Positions 18,459-24,547 of a DNA stretch of 24,547 nucleotides are shown here, piece by piece. Location: positions 1 to 24,547 of the forward strand of contig JBHJHA010000048.1 of assembly GCA_050331235.1 (NCBI GenBank). Reading direction: 5' to 3'. Each line of letters starts with the position of its first letter. The first letter of the stretch is position 1. The translations under genes and the position numbers were made by a program. The notes beneath the pieces are model-generated. The model was not told the origin of the DNA and did no database searches. It saw only the letters and a program-made list of their open reading frames with translations. This DNA comes from Leptolyngbyaceae cyanobacterium. Its GTDB lineage: Bacteria; Cyanobacteriota; Cyanobacteriia; Phormidesmidales; Phormidesmidaceae.

Positions 18459-19070
18459 GTGGTCAATATCAACGCTGAAGTCACCCGTCTGAAAGATCTG
18501 ATGCCGGCCTCGGCCCGCATGAAAACCCGGATCATGATTGACGATCGCCAGTTCACCCTGATTGAAACACCGTTTCCTCGGCCCTGGCATACCAGCCACC
18601 CGATTATGGTTAATTTGCGGCTATGGCTTGAGCTCTCTGTTTCTCAGCGAGATCTCCTGTTTTTACATCATGTTTGTTGGTTAACATCTGTGCGCATTAT
18701 CAAGCCTCAGCTTTATCAAGGCGTTGCAGCGGTCGGGTTGGTCGGCACCCTGTTTGAGCTGTTTCAAACTGATGCTGTGGGAATATTGGCAGCCGGTGGC
18801 CTCACGGCGATCGCCGCCAGCCAGGTTTGGCGCTCTAACACTGGCAACCAAGCCAAACTCGATGCGGATGATATGGCCATCCGAGTGGCCCAGCGGCGAG
18901 GGTACTCTGAGCGCGATGCCGTGCGCCATCTCATCGAAGCGATTGAAGCAGTGCCTTTAATTGAGGGACGGGGTGGGATGAACTACACTGAGCTGTTGCG
19001 TGCCCAGCAGTTGAAATCGCGGCTAGGCACCATTAGCGCACCACCGCCCGAGCGTATTCGCACTCAATAG
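18459..19070 (+). CDS. DUF3318 family protein
   Basis: EVTRLKDLMPASARM, PFPRPW, QRDLLFL, a central hydrophobic hairpin, ADDMAIRVAQRRGY, IEGR, ELLRAQQLK. RBS GAGGA precedes the GTG. Confidence 0.85.
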   Translation: MVNINAEVTRLKDLMPASARMKTRIMIDDRQFTLIETPFPRPWHTSHPIMVNLRLWLELSVSQRDLLFLHHVCWLTSVRIIKPQLYQGVAAVGLVGTLFELFQTDAVGILAAGGLTAIAASQVWRSNTGNQAKLDADDMAIRVAQRRGYSERDAVRHLIEAIEAVPLIEGRGGMNYTELLRAQQLKSRLGTISAPPPERIRTQ

Positions 19071-19115
19071 GGTGTCGCTCAACGTAGCGAAATTGAAGGG
19101 TAGATGATCTAATCG

Positions 19116-20216
19116 ATGACTCCCTTGGTCACCCGTTTGTCTGGAAAAATGACTTCTGAATCTGCTGACTCCGATATTTTTGAACTTGACCAGTCCCGAC
19201 GAAAGGCCCTGCTGGATGCCGTCATCGCGACGTTAGATCAGTATGTGTTTCCCGATGTGGCCCAACAGCTGCAGGCGGAGCTTTGCCAGCGGCGTGATGC
19301 TGGCGGCTACGATGACATCACAGACGGCCCCCAATGTGCTGAGCTATTGACGCTGCAGTTACAAGAACTGTCGGGCGATCGCCAGCTCAAGGTTCACTTT
19401 AGCCCGCAAGCCCTGCCTCACCTTGACCCAGAGCAGCACCCGACGCCAGCAGAGTTGCTCGCCGAGGAGCAGCAAAGCCGCCTGCGAAATTTTGATATTA
19501 ATCGTGTGGAGCGGCTGCGGGGTAACATCGGCTACTTAGAACTGTATGGCTTTGAACCTCCCGAGTTTGCGGGGCAGGCGATCGCGGCCGCGATGACTTT
19601 GCTCAGCCATACTGAAGCGCTGATTATCGACATCCGCCACAATCGCGGCGGGTCACCGGCCATGGTCACCCTCCTGTGTAGTTATCTATTGCCGACCTAC
19701 CCAGCCGTGCATCTCAACGACCTTTATTGGCGGCCCGACGATACGACCCGACAGTGGTGGACGGTTGCTCACGTTGAGGCGCCACGGTATCTCGACAAGC
19801 CAGTTTATGTGTTGACCAGCCAGGAAACCTTTTCCGCCGCTGAGGAATTTGCCTATAACCTGCAAACGTTGCAGCGGGTAATAGTGGTGGGCGAGCATAC
19901 CGCTGGCGGTGCGAATCCGGGAAGAGGCTATCGCCTGAGCGATCACTTTTGGCTGTTTGTGCCCACGGGGCAGTCCATTAACCCGATAACTCAAGAAAAC
20001 TGGGCTCAGACAGGTATCATTCCCGATGTTAAAGTGCCGTCAGAGCTGACCCTGCCCACGGCTCATTTGATGGCATTGAACAAGCTGTTGGAAACGGCTT
20101 CTAATGGTGTCGGATTTCGCGAACTACAGCGCACCATGCTGCTTGTGGAACGAGAGCTCAATACCCGTAGAGCTGACTTGATTAGCCAGCTCAAGCAGCC
20201 ACAATCCAGCCGCTAG
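19116..20216 (+). CDS. S41 family peptidase (IRBP-like) with an N-terminal S41_N domain
   Basis: YVFPDVA, GNIGYLEL, LIIDIRHNRGGS, VYVLTS-x2-TFSAAEEF (catalytic Ser), VVGEHTAGG, GIIPDV. Confidence 0.93.
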   Translation: MTPLVTRLSGKMTSESADSDIFELDQSRRKALLDAVIATLDQYVFPDVAQQLQAELCQRRDAGGYDDITDGPQCAELLTLQLQELSGDRQLKVHFSPQALPHLDPEQHPTPAELLAEEQQSRLRNFDINRVERLRGNIGYLELYGFEPPEFAGQAIAAAMTLLSHTEALIIDIRHNRGGSPAMVTLLCSYLLPTYPAVHLNDLYWRPDDTTRQWWTVAHVEAPRYLDKPVYVLTSQETFSAAEEFAYNLQTLQRVIVVGEHTAGGANPGRGYRLSDHFWLFVPTGQSINPITQENWAQTGIIPDVKVPSELTLPTAHLMALNKLLETASNGVGFRELQRTMLLVERELNTRRADLISQLKQPQSSR

Positions 20217-20269
20217 GTTAAACCATTCTTTGGTTGGACTGAGGCGGGGAATAGGCTGACAAGCTGAAT

Positions 20270-20563
20270 TTACTTGCCGCCGTAGTAAAATGCGACCTCC
20301 TTATCCTTGAGCGGTTTGAACTCGGCGTCTAGCAGCATTTGATTGAGGTCAGTCTGGGAAAAATGCTTGGCACCAATGCGGACAATGCGCGATCGCATGG
20401 TGTTTTGTACGCCGCTACGCTGTCGAGCCGCTTCCTTTGCCATCACTTTCTGGTAAAGGGCAAGTTTGTTTTTCGGAATGGGACTGCCATCGAGATCGAG
20501 TCCCTGGGCGATCGCGGCGTCAACGGCGTCGGCCCCGGTTATGGCTTGAGTCGAGTCAGACAT
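20270..20563 (-). CDS. DUF4090 / Ssr1528-family small cyanobacterial protein
   Basis: TGADAVDAAIAQGLDLDGSPIP, RQRSGVQNTMRSRIVRIGAKH, PLKDKEVAFYY. ATG 20563 (97 aa) follows GGAG. Confidence 0.88.
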   Translation of the reverse strand: MSDSTQAITGADAVDAAIAQGLDLDGSPIPKNKLALYQKVMAKEAARQRSGVQNTMRSRIVRIGAKHFSQTDLNQMLLDAEFKPLKDKEVAFYYGGK

Positions 20564-20847
20564 CGGTGGATTTTCTCCAAAACTGCTCCAGTATCGTATC
20601 AAGGGATGCTGTCCCATCGGCACTAGGGAAGCTGGGGGGACAGGACAAGATGCCCGAAAAAATGGCATGGTTTCTGTCTCCGGTTCCGGTTTGCGCAACG
20701 TAAAGATTCACCGCAGGAGAGAAAATTGAGCAAAAGTACAGTGCTAACATTCTGGGCATTAGCGAGCATTACATTTTTTTAATGATTGGTCTTTGATAGG
20801 CGATACCTCCAAACCTCGATTAGTACGTCATCTACCCATGGGTTACC

Positions 20848-21405
20848 ATGTTTAAGCAATTTTGGATTGTCACCGCGGGCGCGATCGCCGCAAGTACTGT
20901 CTTGGTCAAATCGGTAGCTGCACAGTCAGCCCCACCAGTGGTCACTTTGGGCGACACCTCGTATCAGGTTGATTTCAAATTTGGCGTCTTTGAACAAAAC
21001 CTGGTTGAGCTAAGGGACCAACCTTGGTACGACAGCCGTAGCGCTGACTTAGCGGCTGATGCAACTCGTCAACTCTATGACTGCGCCGAGGGGAGTCCCT
21101 TTTCCCAGCCGGCATGTGCGGTCCCCTTCGATGCCTTCGATAATGTTGGCGCTGGTTTTGGGGGCACTTCACCCTGGTTTGTCTTTAACGTGGAGACTGG
21201 AGTGGCCGCCACTGCCGTCGGATTTTCTGATGTGACGGGCGGGCAAAACGTGCTGCGTCAAGTCAATACGAGTTTGTCCGCGGCTCAACCCTACGCCGTC
21301 GTTGTGACGACTCCAGCCAACTCAGTCCCCGAGCCCGGTACGGCGATCGCCACATTAATATTCGGCATTGGGCTTGGGAGCGTCTACGCTCTGCGACAAG
21401 CTTGA
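20848..21405 (+). CDS. PEP-CTERM sorting-domain exported protein
   Basis: Signal peptide ending ..VAA-Q. C-terminal VPEPGT is followed by a hydrophobic helix and RQA. Confidence 0.85.
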   Translation: MFKQFWIVTAGAIAASTVLVKSVAAQSAPPVVTLGDTSYQVDFKFGVFEQNLVELRDQPWYDSRSADLAADATRQLYDCAEGSPFSQPACAVPFDAFDNVGAGFGGTSPWFVFNVETGVAATAVGFSDVTGGQNVLRQVNTSLSAAQPYAVVVTTPANSVPEPGTAIATLIFGIGLGSVYALRQA

Positions 21406-21452
21406 GGATAGCGATCGCCATCTGAGCTAAATTGGTCAGGCCCTTTCGACTA

Positions 21453-21920
21453 TCAATGTCGTTCTGATGGGCGAGGTTTGAGCAAGAGTCCCCAAGTGGA
21501 ATCGTAGGGGTGAATGGCCTGGGTGGGTTCATGGTTCGCGACTAGCGGGCGACCCTGATTGTGCCAGGCAAAAATCGACCCCTCTAAATTGAAAACGTGG
21601 TGATAGCCAACCGCTTGGAGCTGTTGGGCTAGCCGGGCTGAGCGGTATCCGATGGAGCAGTAAAGCACTATGGTCGTATCAGTCGCGATGTCCGCCTGCT
21701 GAATGGCTTCCACAGTGGGTAGAGGCTCTGCGCCGGGCAAATGACTTACGGCATATTCCTCGGCCTGGCGTACATCCACCAGTCGCAGGGACGAATCATG
21801 GGCCAGCCAGTGGGCCAGCTCAGCCGTTGAAACGCTGGTGACACCCGGAAACTGTTGCCGCACCCACGCTCTGATAAGGGGCCAAGCAACCCACCGAAGC
21901 GGATTAAGAACGAAAGACAT
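21453..21920 (-). CDS. Single-domain rhodanese-like sulfurtransferase
   Basis: LVDVRQAEEYAVSHLPGA, active-site loop VLYCSIGYRS, VFNLEGSIFAW, IHPYD..WG.LL. ATG 21920 is chosen because the longer ORF overlaps DUF547. Confidence 0.9.
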   Translation of the reverse strand: MSFVLNPLRWVAWPLIRAWVRQQFPGVTSVSTAELAHWLAHDSSLRLVDVRQAEEYAVSHLPGAEPLPTVEAIQQADIATDTTIVLYCSIGYRSARLAQQLQAVGYHHVFNLEGSIFAWHNQGRPLVANHEPTQAIHPYDSTWGLLLKPRPSERH

Positions 21921-21955
21921 CGACAATACAAAATGCTGACAGGAACTTGCCCACG

Positions 21956-22654
21956 ATGATAGATTTCGCCCCCTGGGATACGCTGTTACGAACCTACGTC
22001 GATGACCGAGGCCGCGTCGATTATGAACGCTGGCAACAGGTTTCAAAGCCTAGTTTAGATGACTGGCTAAGGTCAATAAGTGAAACCAGTTTAGAAGCAC
22101 TCGATCAAACTAGCGCGATCGCCTTTTTGATTAACCTCTACAACGCCCTGACGATTCAGCAGGTACTGCAGCGCTATCCGATTGACTCAATTCGTCCCAC
22201 GCTTTTGGGCCTTCCAAACTGGTGGACATTTTTTCGCTTTTTTACGAAAGATATTTACATGCTGCGGGGGCGATCACTGAGCCTAAACGCGATTGAACAT
22301 GACATTTTGAGAGCCCAGTATTCCGAATCACGTATTCACTTTGCGCTGGTTTGTGCCTCTGAGGGGTGTCCTTGGCTGCGGGCCGGCGCTTACTGGCCAG
22401 ACAAACTCCATCAGCAATTGGACGAAGAAGCCCATCAATTCATCCATAATCCGGAAAAAGTTCGCTATCAGGCCGACAGCAACCTGCTCTACTGCAGCAA
22501 AATCTTCAAATGGTATAGTAGCGACTTTTGCGCTGAGGCGGAAACGCTTACTGCGTATATCAATCAATATCAAACGATGGCACCAATTCCCTCAGGAGCC
22601 GAAATTGCCTACCTACCCTACAGTTGGCAGCTCAATCAACGCACATCTTCATAA
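21956..22654 (+). CDS. DUF547 domain-containing protein
   Basis: WDTLLRTYVD..GRVDY, AFLINLYNALTI, SLNAIEHDILR, RIHFALVCASEGCPWL, SKIFKWY..DF, YSWQLN. Confidence 0.92.
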   Translation: MIDFAPWDTLLRTYVDDRGRVDYERWQQVSKPSLDDWLRSISETSLEALDQTSAIAFLINLYNALTIQQVLQRYPIDSIRPTLLGLPNWWTFFRFFTKDIYMLRGRSLSLNAIEHDILRAQYSESRIHFALVCASEGCPWLRAGAYWPDKLHQQLDEEAHQFIHNPEKVRYQADSNLLYCSKIFKWYSSDFCAEAETLTAYINQYQTMAPIPSGAEIAYLPYSWQLNQRTSS

Positions 22655-23370
22655 AACTGCTTGAGCCGAGTCGCCGGCACGCCGCAGCCCCACAGCAGCC
22701 CGATCGCTAAGTAAATAAAATTAGCTTTGATAGTGCCCCATTTGGCGACCCGACGGTCAGAAGACTGCACCGTTCGGTTAATCTGTACCAACCGCCCCAA
22801 TGTTGATAACCGTAGGCATAAGTCGGCATCTTCCATGATGGGCAGCGCCGCATCAAAGCCACCGCAGGTCCAAAAGTCAGCGCGTCGACAAAACATGACC
22901 TGATCCCCAAATAGCAACCGCAGGCCGTCGCGAAAGTAACGCCAAGGGCGGAATAGTAGCACCGCGTAGTGGGTTTTGAGGGCGTTGTGACCAGAAACTA
23001 GCCAGCGGGTTGCTACGGCCCCCGCCATGATAGAGATAAACCCGCCCCCAGCGATCGCTGGGGCAGCCAGGGTTTTATCGATAATGGCCACCAGATCATC
23101 CGGTACTAGAGTATCGCCGTGGACAAAGCAAAGAATGTCTCCGGTGGCCTGTTGTGCCCCATAATTCATTTGAGCTGCGCGGCCCCGTTGAGGAGCCGTG
23201 AACACAACGACAGGATACGACTGGGCGATCGCCACTGTCTCGTCTGAGCTTTCCCCGTCGACCACAATGATTTCTTGGGCCGCTGGGTGCAAAATCTGTA
23301 GGCAGCGCAGGGTACGCTCCAAGGTCTTCGCTTCATTTAAGACAGGGATAATGATCGAAACGTTAGTCAA
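22636..23370 (-). CDS. GT2 glycosyltransferase, TIGR04283 (arsenosugar-biosynthesis-associated) family
   Basis: VSIIIPVLNEA, IIVVDGESSDET, GRAAQMNYGA, FVHGDT, FGDQVMF, GGF...PIMED, SSDRR, GVP..RL..FY. TTG 23370 is the nearest in-frame start before the domain. Confidence 0.88.
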   Translation of the reverse strand: MTNVSIIIPVLNEAKTLERTLRCLQILHPAAQEIIVVDGESSDETVAIAQSYPVVVFTAPQRGRAAQMNYGAQQATGDILCFVHGDTLVPDDLVAIIDKTLAAPAIAGGGFISIMAGAVATRWLVSGHNALKTHYAVLLFRPWRYFRDGLRLLFGDQVMFCRRADFWTCGGFDAALPIMEDADLCLRLSTLGRLVQINRTVQSSDRRVAKWGTIKANFIYLAIGLLWGCGVPATRLKQFYEDVR

Positions 23371-23376
23371 AACGCC

Positions 23377-24123
23377 ATGCCGCGCAACAACCTCGCATTT
23401 TACGATCAGCAAGCCGCCCAATGGTGGCAAGAGACAGCAACCATCTTTCCCCTCAGCCGTCTCAATCCGCTGCGCTTTCAGTACTTTGATCGCTTCGTGC
23501 CCGACTGGCAGAGGCTAACAGTGCTGGATGTGGGCTGTGGGGGCGGCTATACCTGTGAGTTTTTGGCGCAGCGGGGGGCGATTGTGACTGGTCTTGATCA
23601 GTCTGCCGCTTGTATCTATGCAGCGAAGGCGCATGCTCGGCAAAGCGGCTTGACCGTCGACTACACCGTCGGGCTGAGTGAAAATCTGCCCTTCCCAGAC
23701 AATACCTTTGATGTGGTGGTCTGTGTCGATGTGCTGGAGCATGTACAAGATGTGGAACGGGCGATCGCTGAAATCAGCCGCGTTATCAAACCCCAGGGTT
23801 GGTTTTGTTTTGATACGATCAATCGCACTTGGCAGTCTCGTTTACTAATGATTTGGCTACTGGAAGATCTTTTACGACAGATTCCACCGGGAGTCCATGA
23901 CTGGCACAAGTTCATCGCACCCTCGGAGCTTGAGTGCTGGCTTGCCCTATCGGGTTTTGCCACACCAACTATTCAGGGATTTGACCTGTTTGGGCGAACG
24001 CCTTGGGCCAATGTCGCTCGTCTGCTGCACTATTGGCGCACACAAGCATTTCGCGTCCGGTTTGACGGCAACACAGCCGTGATGTACATCGGCGCAGCGC
24101 AGCTATCTTCATCAAATCATTAA
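23377..24123 (+). CDS. ubiG: UbiG-family class I SAM-dependent O-methyltransferase
   Basis: FYD..A..WW, L..LNPLRF.Y, VLDVGCGGG, FDVVVCVDVLEHV, KPQG.F.FDTINRT, P.GVHDWHKFI.PSEL. The gene symbol indicates family membership, not proven function. Confidence 0.85.
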   Translation: MPRNNLAFYDQQAAQWWQETATIFPLSRLNPLRFQYFDRFVPDWQRLTVLDVGCGGGYTCEFLAQRGAIVTGLDQSAACIYAAKAHARQSGLTVDYTVGLSENLPFPDNTFDVVVCVDVLEHVQDVERAIAEISRVIKPQGWFCFDTINRTWQSRLLMIWLLEDLLRQIPPGVHDWHKFIAPSELECWLALSGFATPTIQGFDLFGRTPWANVARLLHYWRTQAFRVRFDGNTAVMYIGAAQLSSSNH

Positions 24124-24189
24124 CGATGTCGTAAATTTTGATTTGGCTATTTCCCAGGCTTGAGGTGGGTAGCGAAGATCCTATTCCTA

Positions 24190-24224
24190 AGAAACCCGGC
24201 GATATGAACTATTGCCGGGTTTCT
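24190..24224. terminator. 15-bp stem-loop downstream of the methyltransferase gene (terminator or REP-like palindrome)
   Basis: AGAAACCCGGCGATA-TGAAC-TATTGCCGGGTTTCT, with one G-U pair. Confidence 0.7.
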
Positions 24225-24409
24225 ATTACGCTTTTGCTGAATTTTGCCGCCTTTCTAAGCCATCTACGGGATAGCAAAAATACTTTGGCGTTGCTGAATG
24301 GGTAGATGATTTTCTAAGGTGATGAGAGAAGACGCTTTGAGGACTTAGCCATGCAATGTCCCCGATGTCACTCCTCTAATCTCCGTAAAAATGGCCATCA
24401 GTCTGGTAA

Positions 24410-24547
24410 TACCAATACTCTGTAACGCTGCGCTTAATAATAGCCTTTTAGAGCTGAGCGCATCCTACCCTAAAGCCCGGTGTATTGGAGGAAAGCAGAG
24501 ATGGCTCGCCCGTTGACGATCACGATCGCCGAAAGCGGCGAAGAACT
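24410..24547 (+). mobile_element. Probable left end and transposase start of an IS630-family element, truncated by the window edge
   Basis: RBS GGAGG 24487-24491. ATG 24501 gives MARPLTITIAESGEEL, resembling the N-termini of cyanobacterial IS630 HTH proteins (I-x-ES-x-EEL). The left boundary near TACCAATACTC at about 24410 is a guess. Confidence 0.5.

Larger units (their letters stand above)
260..23768. repeat. Dispersed HIP1 octamer GCGATCGC (about 31 copies)
   Basis: Examples at 260, 1552, 2172, 2327, 2707, 4937, 6116, 7105, 8745, 9595, 10028, 11203, 12968, 13200, 15499, 17818, 20881, 21411, 23051 and 23761. Fewer than one or two would be expected by chance. Confidence 0.95.

Noticed and set aside
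52..24082. Many 60-140 aa ORFs overlapping or antisense to the called genes (e.g. 4593-4862, 8807-9121, 12045-12383, 13325-13702, 16595-17005, 19686-19994, 23198-23518)
   Set aside because: They are shadows of well-supported genes, with no recognisable motifs and Ser/Arg/Pro-rich composition.
1..24547. tRNA, rRNA, tmRNA, riboswitch or CRISPR array
   Set aside because: No cloverleaf or T-loop pattern, rRNA signature, recognisable aptamer or regular repeat-spacer array was seen by eye. A covariance-model scan could still find something in the long spacers.

Overview
Cyanobacterial chromosomal window: about 31 HIP1 GCGATCGC octamers counted by eye, plus sigF, DUF3318, DUF4090 and a PEP-CTERM gene. 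Bases 1-1240 look like the decayed edge of an accessory region, with an internally duplicated small protein, a UPF0175-like remnant and GGACAAC repeats. Next come acylphosphatase and a minus-strand light-sensing operon: a biliverdin-type phytochrome, an Rcp-type receiver and a REC-GAF(DXCF cyanobacteriochrome)-histidine kinase. The middle holds a KirBac channel overlapping lipA, a probably decaying GlsB/YeaQ/YmgE gene, an L,D-transpeptidase, a sulfite-oxidase-like molybdoprotein, sigF, a Nit-family hydrolase, an NhaC-family transporter, DoxX and about 0.9 kb of unexplained non-coding DNA. Then follow an M20 amidohydrolase, an exported hypothetical protein, DUF3318, an S41 peptidase, DUF4090 and the PEP-CTERM gene. 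The right end has a tightly packed, alternating-strand module (rhodanese, DUF547, TIGR04283-type GT2 glycosyltransferase, UbiG-like methyltransferase) and the probable start of an IS630-family element. The best candidates for an under-described system are that four-gene module and the two-chromophore phosphorelay. No tRNA, rRNA or CRISPR array was seen. All family calls come from motif recognition, not database searches.
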